A stretch of 44,281 nt of DNA from Candidatus Aenigmatarchaeota archaeon (GTDB taxonomy: Archaea > Aenigmatarchaeota > Aenigmatarchaeia > PWEA01 > JAGHBM01), in NCBI GenBank assembly GCA_021162085.1, contig JAGGZI010000014.1, positions 1-44,281 on the forward strand, given 5' to 3'. Below the pieces are notes generated by a model. The model was not told where the DNA came from and did no database searches. It saw nothing but the letters and a program-made list of their open reading frames with translations. Made by a program: the position numbers and the translations under genes. Below, piece by piece: positions 28,892 to 37,810 of the stretch. Within the stretch, counting starts at the first letter, position 1; each line of letters begins with the position of its first letter.

Positions 28892-29130
28892 TGGAGCCCC
28901 GGGCCGGACTCTCACCCTACGGAGAGACAAAACGATGGACTTAGGCAGAGCCTAAGTCAGTTTGTCGTTTCCCTCCTTATGGGAATATCCTCCCTTCCTT
29001 TAAAAAATATAGGAAAACTCTTCGAGTTTTCCAAGTTCTTTCCCTTGAGGCTTTCTTCTGAAGAAAGGCTCATTTGAACCGGCGATCTTCCGCTTACGAG
29101 GCGGACGCATTACCACTATGCTACCGAGGC
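28892..29130 (-). tRNA. tRNA-Thr(CGT), 1 long T-loop intron (59/60: 28909-29072)
   Basis: Spliced GCCTCGGTAGCATAGTGGTAATGCGTCCGCCTCGTAAGCGGAAGATCGCCGGTTCAAA/TCCGGCCCGGGGCTCCA; BHB helix UUCA/UGAG. Confidence 0.93.
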
Positions 29131-29171
29131 ATTGAAAATAATATATAGTAACTTCCTAAAATATTTATTAT

Positions 29172-30224
29172 ATGATTTCGATGAAGCTCAAGGAAACCAT
29201 GATATATGAGAAGCTAGGCAATGGTAGAGTTAGATGTGGTATATGCTCTCAGAGATGTGAGCTTTTACCTGGTCAGAGAGGGTTGTGTAAGGTTAGAGAG
29301 AACAGAAGAGGGAAATTATATTCTCTGGTTTATGGAAAAGCTGTTGATGTGGCGATAGATCCAATAGAGAAAAAACCTTTTTTTCACTTCGCACCAGGCA
29401 GTAGAGCATTTTCTGTGGCAACGGTTGGTTGTAATTTCAAATGTAAGTTTTGTCAGAACTGGGAGATATCTCAGGAATTTAAGGAAATACATGGAAAGAA
29501 CTATTCACCAAAAGACCTTGTGACAAAAGCAAAGAATTGGTACTCCGATGGTATAGCATACACTTACACGGAACCTGCTGTCTTTTACGAGTATGTTTAT
29601 GACACGGCAAAGGAGGCGAACCCTGAACTATACAACGTACTTGTCACGAACGGTTACTTCACTCCGGAAGCCATAAAAAAAATCTCAGGGTACATAGATG
29701 CAGCAAATGTAGACTACAAAGGAGACTATGTATTTTATAGAAAGTACTGCGGAGCAACAAGAGGCGATGACCCAGTTAAAGAGGCCTTAAAAACTTTCAA
29801 GAAGGAGAAGATTTGGGTGGAGATAACAAATCTCATAATACCTGGACTGAATGATAGCGAAGGATGGATTAGAACTATGTGCAGGTGGATAGTTGAAAAT
29901 CTTGGAGATGAAGTACCACTCCACTTCTCAAGATTTTATCCAAGCTACAAGATGTCCAACATACCACCAACTCCAGTGGAAACCCTTGAAAAGGCGTGGA
30001 AGATAGCAAGAGATGAGGGAATTAAATATGCCTACATAGGAAACGTGTTTGGCCACAAGTATGAGAGCACCTACTGTCCAAGCTGTGGGAATTTACTGAT
30101 AAAAAGGCGCGGACTTGAGATAGAAGAGTTTAATATAGATAAAAACTTAAGATGTAAGTATTGTGGTGAGAAGATACCAATAAAGGGGAAGGAATGGATC
30201 AATCAAAATTTGTTTAAAGAATGA
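29172..30224 (+). CDS. amrS: AmmeMemoRadiSam system radical SAM enzyme
   Basis: N-terminal CxxCxxxC, DPIEKKP, GCNFKCKFCQNW, LHFSRFYP, YIGNV..H...TYCPSC. Confidence 0.9.
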   Translation: MISMKLKETMIYEKLGNGRVRCGICSQRCELLPGQRGLCKVRENRRGKLYSLVYGKAVDVAIDPIEKKPFFHFAPGSRAFSVATVGCNFKCKFCQNWEISQEFKEIHGKNYSPKDLVTKAKNWYSDGIAYTYTEPAVFYEYVYDTAKEANPELYNVLVTNGYFTPEAIKKISGYIDAANVDYKGDYVFYRKYCGATRGDDPVKEALKTFKKEKIWVEITNLIIPGLNDSEGWIRTMCRWIVENLGDEVPLHFSRFYPSYKMSNIPPTPVETLEKAWKIARDEGIKYAYIGNVFGHKYESTYCPSCGNLLIKRRGLEIEEFNIDKNLRCKYCGEKIPIKGKEWINQNLFKE

Positions 30225-30225
30225 G

Positions 30226-30663
30226 GTGATGTTCATGCATGAAGCTGAGATAAAGGATAAGATTAAGAAAGGTTGGATTAAATGCTGGTCTATGATTGAA
30301 GTTATGGCAACTGATAAAAAAACCACGGAACAATCACTGAAGAATCATATAGAAAAACTCAAGAAGGAAAAAGGAATAATAGTTTACAAGGAAAAATTTG
30401 ATTCCATAGAAGAGGTCAAGTCGCCATTCAAAAACATAGAAAAGGCATACTCACAGGTTGTTGAGATAGAATTCATTATTGAAAATTTTAAGAATCTAGT
30501 TGATTTCGTAATTCTCTATGGCCCCTCAACTGTAGAGATAATGGAACCAGATAAGATAGAAACTAAGATAGGAGATGCCCAGGAAATATTGAACAGGCTA
30601 TCCACGTTGCTTCATAAATTCGCAGCAGCCGGTATAGGAGGAATGCTCATATCCCCTAAATAA
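30226..30663 (+). CDS. Conserved hypothetical protein (ferredoxin-like fold probable)
   Basis: IEV...YS.VVEIE...YGPSTVEIMEP pattern; coupled to the upstream gene. Confidence 0.75.
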   Translation: MMFMHEAEIKDKIKKGWIKCWSMIEVMATDKKTTEQSLKNHIEKLKKEKGIIVYKEKFDSIEEVKSPFKNIEKAYSQVVEIEFIIENFKNLVDFVILYGPSTVEIMEPDKIETKIGDAQEILNRLSTLLHKFAAAGIGGMLISPK

Positions 30664-30690
30664 ATATATTTGAAAGACTAATTATTTATC

Positions 30691-31602
30691 ATGGATGGTA
30701 AGTTGCTGTTTTTTGTAGTAATACTCTCTATTATATCAGTACCACAAATGGTTAAGGCAACGAATATAGAATATTATGAATCTCTTGTGAATCTAAACTC
30801 AAGCATCGCTGACTACACACTAACCTTTGTTTTTAGCAAACCTCCAACAGGAGAATTTGAATATCCGCTACAATTTCACATAGACAACTTGAAAACCACA
30901 TCGAACTTTAAGAACTATACATGCGTTCCTGAATCTGAGTCGTGGGGAACATTGATAAAGTGTGATTTCAGTAGAGCGACTAAAGAGGGAAGGGCCATAA
31001 GTATAATGTTTGACACAAAGGACAACATAAAGAAATATGATAACGTATTCTACTTTTCAACTAGGATTAGTGTACCGGAGAATGTATCAAGAATGACAAT
31101 AAAAGCCGTTTTAGACAAGGGATTTGTACTTATAGAAAAATCAAATGAGCCAACTGCATTGATCCCGTTCCTACCCAAAGATGGACACGAAGGCTCTGAC
31201 GGAAGACACATTTACATTGTGTGGGAAAGAGATAATCTGGAAAAGGGTGACGTTGTAGATGTGAGCATATCCTATGAAAGAATAATTCCAGAAACCAATG
31301 ATAATTATCTCTTCCCATTGATAGGAATTCTCATACTTATAACCGCACTCATCACTTGGGCCAAGGTGAAAAAACAAGCACCAAGCAATTCAGAGATAAG
31401 TGTACTGATGGAAGATGAAAAAAGGGTTATAGATATTTTGAAAGAACATAATGGGATGTGTAAGCAAAGGGATCTCGTCAAGGAAACTGATTTTAGCAAA
31501 GCAAAAGTTAGCAGACTTGTAAAAGATCTGGAATTAAGAGGTGTTATAAGAAGTGAAAAAACCGGAAGAACAAAGAACATTTACTTGAATATAAAACTTT
31601 AA
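30691..31602 (+). CDS. Membrane-anchored protein with extracellular domain and C-terminal winged HTH
   Basis: Signal peptide, one TM, EDEKRVI...QRDLVKETDFSKAKVSRLVKDLE.RG. Confidence 0.85.
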   Translation: MDGKLLFFVVILSIISVPQMVKATNIEYYESLVNLNSSIADYTLTFVFSKPPTGEFEYPLQFHIDNLKTTSNFKNYTCVPESESWGTLIKCDFSRATKEGRAISIMFDTKDNIKKYDNVFYFSTRISVPENVSRMTIKAVLDKGFVLIEKSNEPTALIPFLPKDGHEGSDGRHIYIVWERDNLEKGDVVDVSISYERIIPETNDNYLFPLIGILILITALITWAKVKKQAPSNSEISVLMEDEKRVIDILKEHNGMCKQRDLVKETDFSKAKVSRLVKDLELRGVIRSEKTGRTKNIYLNIKL

Positions 31603-32252
31603 TCTGAGAATAGTACTCTTTCTATTTTTTCCTTTGGGGTTAATCCCTGAAATACGTACTTCTCATTGACTATTATTGCGGGCATCTCTGTTATATTATA
31701 TTTAGACTTTATGACATCCACACTGAGTATGCCTATATCTGAAGGAATTGGTATGAGCATCATCGAAGGACCATACTTCTCCTTTAATTCGAGCAGGGCT
31801 GCTCCTTGAATCTTTTGCGTCATCCCTAAACTATTGTTGTAATAGGAGTAAAGATAAACAACCGTGCTGTAATTGAAATGGCATATCTTCTTTAATCTTA
31901 TGGAATTAAACCAGAACTGCATCTGAAGGAGAGCATATCTTTTTTTCTGAAGAATCAGATCTGGAGAAAACCTATTAACTCTTTCATATCTATCTATTTT
32001 TTTCCCCTCCTCATATATCTCCTTGTTGAACTCGAGGTTTCCTTTTAGTGCAGAATTACAAAAATCTGTTCCATTGGAGAAAGTTTGATAATAAAGACTC
32101 TGTAGCCTGGCATCATTCCATGCTAAGTCTATTCCACTCAACTCCTTTTTAACCTCTTCCGTTCTCATGTTGTCGAACCATATCCCAGCAAAGAAACCTA
32201 TGAGTAGAAAGACTAGAGTTAAGAGTGATGTTATTGCAAGAGTTCTTTTCAT
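31599..32252 (-). CDS. Membrane-anchored protein with thioredoxin-like C-terminal domain
   Basis: N-terminal TM; YNITEMPAIIVNEKYVFQGL cis-Pro thioredoxin-type motif; no CxxC. Confidence 0.7.
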   Translation of the reverse strand: MKRTLAITSLLTLVFLLIGFFAGIWFDNMRTEEVKKELSGIDLAWNDARLQSLYYQTFSNGTDFCNSALKGNLEFNKEIYEEGKKIDRYERVNRFSPDLILQKKRYALLQMQFWFNSIRLKKICHFNYSTVVYLYSYYNNSLGMTQKIQGAALLELKEKYGPSMMLIPIPSDIGILSVDVIKSKYNITEMPAIIVNEKYVFQGLTPKEKIERVLFSD

Positions 32253-32303
32253 ATGAACACTTTTTTCATCCTGTATATATAAATATTCCTCTCTCTAAGA
32301 CTG

Positions 32304-32343
32304 CCAAAAAATAAAAGAAAAAGGTTACCGGCTTTCACCGGTA
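32304..32343 (-). terminator. Hairpin plus U-tract terminator of the S-layer gene
   Basis: TACCGG-TGAAAG-CCGGTA (32326-32343) followed on the minus strand by CCTTTTTCTTTTATTTTTT. Confidence 0.6.
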
Positions 32344-32361
32344 TATTTAAGTTTTTATTTC

Positions 32362-34776
32362 TTATTGTGCTGGTGTTGTGGTTGTCGTTTCCAACGGTGC
32401 TGGATATATGTATTCAACACCGGTTGTACCAGCCATGTCAGCCTGTATCTTTGCACATGCTGCTGTTGTATCCTTTGCCTCTACACCGAAAACGACTAAG
32501 GCATACTTTCCTTGTGCGAAAGCGTCCTTGACCAATTTGATCATATAGCCGTTCTCAGGTATTCCTAAGCTGTTTACTGTAGCCATACCACATGCTGGAT
32601 ATGTCAATCCTAGAGCGTCTGCTGTTAGTTTGTTGACACATGGACCACCAACCAATATAAGGTTGTTGTTAGTCTTTTGTGCATCAGTTACCTGTGTATC
32701 CACAGCACCAACTGGCGTTTTTATAACACCTGTCCTTGTTACTTCGCCACTTGTTGTAGTAGCAGTTGCTGTTGCAGGTGCCATATATACGTCAGCTATT
32801 GCCTTCTTTTCTGGGTACGATATGGTCAAATCAGTTTTGTCTTTTGAATCCCAAGACATCAATGCACCCCAGTTTGCTGCATCCAGACCCCACTTTGTAT
32901 CGGAGTCTGTATTTTCTTTTAGGGTTGCATCACTTGTCTGTATCTCCATATCGTCACTTGACTCTAAGAAGTCAAAGCTGAATAATGCACCATCTGTGTC
33001 ACCTGTGTCGTCATACAATGTTACTGTTGATTTTGTTCCATCGTATGCTATGTCAACTTCCCCTGAATAAGATGTTTTGAAGTCGGATGTAGCTGCATCT
33101 CCGTTAGTTACAAAGTCATTTATCTTTGTCATCTCTATCCAATTTCCTGTCTCATTTACCTTTACTTGTATGTTCATAAATCCTCCTAAACTTATTGTAT
33201 CTGCTGTAGTACCGTCCGTGTGGGTATAGTCTTTGTTATCCCACTCTTCTCCTGTGGTATCATCTCTTATGTCTATTTGATGGTTTGCTGTATCAATGTC
33301 CTTTATTTCTAAAATTCTTGCTTCACCACCACTGTTAACTGCAAGGAATTTTACTCCTTCACAAGCAGTTATAGCTGACGTTCCTGTACATTTGTCAGTG
33401 TTTGCTATCATTAAGTTACCAGAACTTGCATGTCCGTCTGCTGTTATTGTGTAACCGCTTGCCAACTCATCACCTGGGAACCCGTGTCCATCCTGTGTCG
33501 GATCTATTATGAATGGTATTTCCAGGTTGTTTCCTGCTATGTCTGTTACTTTTAATGTTCCATCATCTCCAGACGCACTTGCCTTTATGTCTTCGGTGGT
33601 CTTTTCTATTCCCGTGAACATTAGCTTCCATGCACCGAATATTGGGTCTGTCCATGATTCACCTTCACCAATCCATATCTTGTTCTTTGGTGTTACTGTA
33701 AATGATATCTTTGATAGCTTGCTTGACGAACTTGTTATAGTTACGCTACTGTCATAGTCATCCAAAGATTTTCCATTTACCTTTATGTCCTGTCCACTTT
33801 CCAATGTTATCTTTTGTGCACCCACGTAGAATGTGACTGCACTTGTCTTTGATTCCTTTGTACTGAAGAGAATGTCTCTTACGCCAATCTCTGTTCCATC
33901 TGCCAATTCATATGTGTCACCAACGTTCATACTGTCTGTTGTTTCTGATTCCCCATTGTACGATACTGTGAATGTCACCGAAGAACTACTATATACACTT
34001 GGTGTTATTGTGTAGTCAACACCATTTACAGTTACAGTTATCGATGTTTCATCATCTACTGTCTGCTCAGATGCTCCACCGAGCAACTCTAACTTTGTTA
34101 CTGCACCACCACTGACTGTTGCCTTCGAAATGGTGTATGTTTTACCCTCTATCTCTATCTTTGTATTTTCCAAATCTGCTTCATCTGCAACATCCACATC
34201 ATTCCCGAACTCCAACGTATATGTGTACATTGTGGTGGTATCTGGGAAGTACAGATATGTGCCGACTGGCTTATTGTCCAGGTTATCATTCGTGTCAAAT
34301 ACTATCTCTCCAACTGTTGCTGAGTTGGTGAAATCTATTTCTTGTGTGTATGTGTAGTCATTCTTGTTTGTTCCTTTGTCGTCGTGATATGTGTCTTTTT
34401 TCAACATTGTTGGAAAGTCCGTGTTTGTAAATCCTGTTGGCTTTACCGTGTATATGTTATCTCCATAGTTGAAATCTTCTCCTGGAGATGCTATTTTTAC
34501 TCCTTCACTGACAGTTGTTCCTACTGTTCCTCCTGTCGTTGTTACGGTCTCACCACCAAGTCTTGCAGCTATGTTTATAGCACCAACCATATCGGATGCT
34601 ATTCCTGCTGCTGTTCCTCCACTTCCTACAACTATGAGGAAGTTTGGTGTACCGTTTTCTACGAATGGTGCTGGGAAGTCACTTAATGTGTAGTCTGCTG
34701 CTAAAGCTGCTCCTGCCATGGATACTCCAGCCATTAAGGCACCGAGTGCCATAGCTCCAATTTTTCTCAACTGCAT
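32362..34776 (-). CDS. S-layer protein
   Basis: Signal peptide, L.DFPAPFV..G...IVVG N-terminal motif, NLILVGGPCVN C-terminal motif, Thr/Asp-rich; GGAGG RBS. Confidence 0.9.
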   Translation of the reverse strand: MQLRKIGAMALGALMAGVSMAGAALAADYTLSDFPAPFVENGTPNFLIVVGSGGTAAGIASDMVGAINIAARLGGETVTTTGGTVGTTVSEGVKIASPGEDFNYGDNIYTVKPTGFTNTDFPTMLKKDTYHDDKGTNKNDYTYTQEIDFTNSATVGEIVFDTNDNLDNKPVGTYLYFPDTTTMYTYTLEFGNDVDVADEADLENTKIEIEGKTYTISKATVSGGAVTKLELLGGASEQTVDDETSITVTVNGVDYTITPSVYSSSSVTFTVSYNGESETTDSMNVGDTYELADGTEIGVRDILFSTKESKTSAVTFYVGAQKITLESGQDIKVNGKSLDDYDSSVTITSSSSKLSKISFTVTPKNKIWIGEGESWTDPIFGAWKLMFTGIEKTTEDIKASASGDDGTLKVTDIAGNNLEIPFIIDPTQDGHGFPGDELASGYTITADGHASSGNLMIANTDKCTGTSAITACEGVKFLAVNSGGEARILEIKDIDTANHQIDIRDDTTGEEWDNKDYTHTDGTTADTISLGGFMNIQVKVNETGNWIEMTKINDFVTNGDAATSDFKTSYSGEVDIAYDGTKSTVTLYDDTGDTDGALFSFDFLESSDDMEIQTSDATLKENTDSDTKWGLDAANWGALMSWDSKDKTDLTISYPEKKAIADVYMAPATATATTTSGEVTRTGVIKTPVGAVDTQVTDAQKTNNNLILVGGPCVNKLTADALGLTYPACGMATVNSLGIPENGYMIKLVKDAFAQGKYALVVFGVEAKDTTAACAKIQADMAGTTGVEYIYPAPLETTTTTPAQ

Positions 34777-34819
34777 TTTTATCCCTCCTTTGAGTTTTTA
34801 TTGTTATAAAATAGTAAAA

Positions 34820-34855
34820 TCTTATATATATTGTTGACCTGAAACGGTTTCACTG
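34820..34855 (-). promoter_or_regulatory. S-layer promoter region (TATA box plus adjacent palindrome)
   Basis: TATATATAAG at ~34821-34831; TGAAAC-G-GTTTCA inverted repeat at 34840-34852. Confidence 0.45.
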
Positions 34856-35054
34856 ATGATTTTAAAGGAAGAAAATCAACTATTTTTTAGTTGTAACCAA
34901 TACTTTTTAATGTTTAATTGTTCCAAAAGCGATTTAAGGTGATTTTATAAAAAAATAAGCCATTTCCCTCCCTTTTAATTGAACGATTTAAATACCATAA
35001 AAAATGCATCGTAATTCTTAAAATATTAATACTGATGTATGACATTTATAATTC

Positions 35055-36278
35055 ATGGCGATAGTAATTGACATACTTTATCTCATATTTGTAATGGTTA
35101 CCTTATTCCTGACTCTAATGTTTTTCGTTCTTTATTGGGACAACAAAAAGAATTTATTCAAGATACCAAAGATGAAAAAATTTCCATCATTGAGTATTCT
35201 CATCCCTGCCTATAACGAAGAGAAAACAATTGCTGACACAATAAAAAAGGTTAAGGAGATGGAATATCCAAAGAAGTTTGAAATTATCGTGATAAACGAC
35301 GGGTCAACTGACAACACAAGTGAGATAGCAAAAAAATTTAAGGGGGTGAAGGTTATAGACAAAACAAACGGCGGAAAGGCAAATGCCCTCAACCTCGGAC
35401 TTAAGTATGCCAAGGGGAAAATTATCGCGGTGGTTGACGCAGATTCTTACCCCGGGAAAAAATCGCTCATAAATGCTGTTCCCTTCTTCAAAGAAAAAAA
35501 TGTTGCCGCCGTGACCACATCAATATTTGTCAAAAACCCGAAAAATATTATAGAGAGGCTGCAGAGGATAGAATACATAATGATAGTGTGGGCGCGAAAA
35601 CTTCTGGAATCTATAGACAGCGTATATGCTACACCTGGTGTCCTGAGCCTTTACAGAAAGAGCGCATTGAAAAAGGTGGGTGGTTTTGATGAGAAAAACC
35701 TGACGGAAGATATAGAGATAGCGTGGCGGCTTATTTACAACGGCTATAAGATAAAGATGTCGCTGAACTCTGAGAATGAAACAAAAGTTCCCAACAACAT
35801 GAGAGATTGGTGGAAACAAAGATTAAGATGGAATGTTGGCGGCTTACAAACATCTGTTAAGTACCTCCACACGTTCATGAAAAAAGATTTCAAGAGTTTG
35901 GGAATGTTCATACTGCCGTTCTTCTCATTCTCCTACATATTGTCATTACTTGGGTTGGGGCTCTTAATCTTCATCTTTGGAAAATGGGCAATCGACAATA
36001 TAACGTTTACCATAGGTGCTTACTCTGTGGGTGTTGCACCATCCCACCACCTCTTCTCATTGATGTACATCCCTGATATGTTCACAGTATTTGGTATCAC
36101 TATATTTTTAATTTCTCTTATATGGATAAGCATAAGCTTTAAAACTGTTAAGAAGAGAATTGGCTGGCCGAAGGGCATTTTTGACCTTCTTCTATACTTA
36201 ACAATTTATATAACAATATTCCCATTTAATTTAGTACAGTCTACAATAAGGTTATTGAGGGGTAAGTATGAGTGGTAA
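35055..36278 (+). CDS. Processive GT2 glycosyltransferase (PgaC/cellulose-synthase-like)
   Basis: IPAYNEE, DGSTD, GGKA.ALN, DAD, TED, QRLRW; flanking TM helices. Confidence 0.92.
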   Translation: MAIVIDILYLIFVMVTLFLTLMFFVLYWDNKKNLFKIPKMKKFPSLSILIPAYNEEKTIADTIKKVKEMEYPKKFEIIVINDGSTDNTSEIAKKFKGVKVIDKTNGGKANALNLGLKYAKGKIIAVVDADSYPGKKSLINAVPFFKEKNVAAVTTSIFVKNPKNIIERLQRIEYIMIVWARKLLESIDSVYATPGVLSLYRKSALKKVGGFDEKNLTEDIEIAWRLIYNGYKIKMSLNSENETKVPNNMRDWWKQRLRWNVGGLQTSVKYLHTFMKKDFKSLGMFILPFFSFSYILSLLGLGLLIFIFGKWAIDNITFTIGAYSVGVAPSHHLFSLMYIPDMFTVFGITIFLISLIWISISFKTVKKRIGWPKGIFDLLLYLTIYITIFPFNLVQSTIRLLRGKYEW

Positions 36279-36528
36279 AAATTACAAGGCCTTTGTAATT
36301 TTATTTCTTCTCATAAGCATTGTCATATTCTCCTCCGGTTGTTTGAACAATGAGTGTAAGGATTTAGAAAAGGAACTGAGCGAAAAGAATCTAACATGTC
36401 ATTGTATGAAAGGACATATAGTACCTGATATAATGAAGAACAGAACCGATATAAAACCAAAGTGTTTTTGCGTTTGTAACATAAATGGAAAGTGGGAAAA
36501 CATAAGCATAGTTCAGGCTACACCGTAA
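36268..36528 (+). CDS. Small Cys-rich lipoprotein
   Basis: Hydrophobic leader plus SSGC lipobox; C, CHC and CFCVC motifs. Confidence 0.65.
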   Translation: MSGKNYKAFVILFLLISIVIFSSGCLNNECKDLEKELSEKNLTCHCMKGHIVPDIMKNRTDIKPKCFCVCNINGKWENISIVQATP

Positions 36529-36543
36529 GTGACTAGCAAGAAA

Positions 36544-37302
36544 TCACCATAAATACCTGCTCACCAAATCATACACGTTCTCCTTGTCTACCAATCCAAG
36601 TAATGTTATATCATAAGCGTCCTTTGTTATCCTTAGTTCCCTAAGTAGTTTCTGTACCTCATCACTCCAGAATCCATCATCCTCTATGTGAGATACAACC
36701 TTTGCCCTTATATCATCAACTACCTTTCTTCCTTTGGCTGGTTCCTGATATATTTTTTTCTTCATGGTCGATAATCTGTTCCTGAGATACTCTTTATCGT
36801 TTTTACAGTTATCTAAAGACCTTTCTAGTTTTCCAATCACTATATCACTTATTGACTCTACGTTTATATCATATTTTTCGACTGAATTGTCCAGAATATC
36901 ATTTATCCTGTTTCTCTGAGATTCGTACTTTTTTTCAGTGAAGTGAGGTATGTGTATAGAAAATCCTCCTCTATCATCCTCAAGCTTTATTTCAAAGCAG
37001 GTTCTCTTTGAATTGAAGGCAATCGTGTAATCATCTGGAATCTCTGATGTAATTTTTTTAGATATGTAATCCTCGATGACACGAAAATCCGATTTTCTTA
37101 CCCTGTTCTTAGTTATCACATCTAAGTCTGTTGTACCCCTTAAATATCTTGGTCCAAGCTTTTCGTTTGCCCATATCTGAGAAGGTATCCCTCCAACACT
37201 TGAATAATCCCCCACCAACTTCTCCATTCTTGACTCATTAAATCCCTTCAATATCTCTACAGATTCCTTAACAATTCTATCATTTACTGTGTACCCGAAC
37301 AT
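36544..37302 (-). CDS. Hypothetical protein with nucleotidyltransferase-like N-terminal motif
   Basis: VGG...YLRGTTDLDV, later DIVIGKL and KDAYDI. Confidence 0.6.
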   Translation of the reverse strand: MFGYTVNDRIVKESVEILKGFNESRMEKLVGDYSSVGGIPSQIWANEKLGPRYLRGTTDLDVITKNRVRKSDFRVIEDYISKKITSEIPDDYTIAFNSKRTCFEIKLEDDRGGFSIHIPHFTEKKYESQRNRINDILDNSVEKYDINVESISDIVIGKLERSLDNCKNDKEYLRNRLSTMKKKIYQEPAKGRKVVDDIRAKVVSHIEDDGFWSDEVQKLLRELRITKDAYDITLLGLVDKENVYDLVSRYLW

Positions 37303-37355
37303 ATAACCATGTAATATATGGGAATTATAGTATTTAAATTTTCACTTATAAGTAG

Positions 37356-37700
37356 TTACTTCCAAAGAGGCAAGGAACCCGTGATTTTATCTATGTCTTT
37401 TTCCTTTGCTGGCCCAATCCCAAGGCACGTTATCGTCCCACTTGGAAGTTCGGTTCTTCCCGCATCACTTATGAGCACATGTGGAAGTTTCATCTTCTCT
37501 GCCTTCTTTTTCAAATCCAACAACCCTTTCTTACCATTAACACTTAGAACAACTTTTTTCTCTCCCTCAAGCCTCCATATGCCTCTCACCAGCTTATTAG
37601 ACTTTCTCCATGAGCCAAGCGATGCATGTGCAACCTGGGCAGCAAGTTTTCCTGGACTCAAATTCAAATCTTTTCTCACAACTATGACCTGTTTGTACAA
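37356..37700 (-). CDS. pth2: Peptidyl-tRNA hydrolase Pth2
   Basis: KQVIVVRKDL..SPGKLAAQVAHA, DAGRTEL..GTITCLGIGP. Confidence 0.95.
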   Translation of the reverse strand: MYKQVIVVRKDLNLSPGKLAAQVAHASLGSWRKSNKLVRGIWRLEGEKKVVLSVNGKKGLLDLKKKAEKMKLPHVLISDAGRTELPSGTITCLGIGPAKEKDIDKITGSLPLWK

Positions 37701-37715
37701 TTTACTCCACCTACT

Positions 37716-37810
37716 TAATTAAAGTTTTCTTTTCTAAAGTCTTTTCTTTTGATTTGCGACTAAAGTCGCAAATTTTGGGATGCAATCCCAAAATGAAAAG
37801 AAAAGCTTTA
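37716..37810 (-). repeat. Intergenic copy of the tRNA-intron hairpin module with a nested twin-hairpin insert
   Basis: taattaaagttttcttttc-taaagtcttttcttttg[insert 37752-37793]tgaaaagaaaagcttta; matches 8482-8533, 8734-8775 and 9350-9393. Confidence 0.8.

Noticed and set aside
32630-34693. Several plus-strand ORFs within the S-layer gene
   Set aside because: Antisense shadows caused by biased codon usage; no motifs or RBS
37716-37810. Classical MITE or IS remnant, or prophage att sites at the tRNA 3' ends
   Set aside because: No clear terminal inverted repeat with target duplication, no transposase or integrase, and no duplicated tRNA 3' ends in the window
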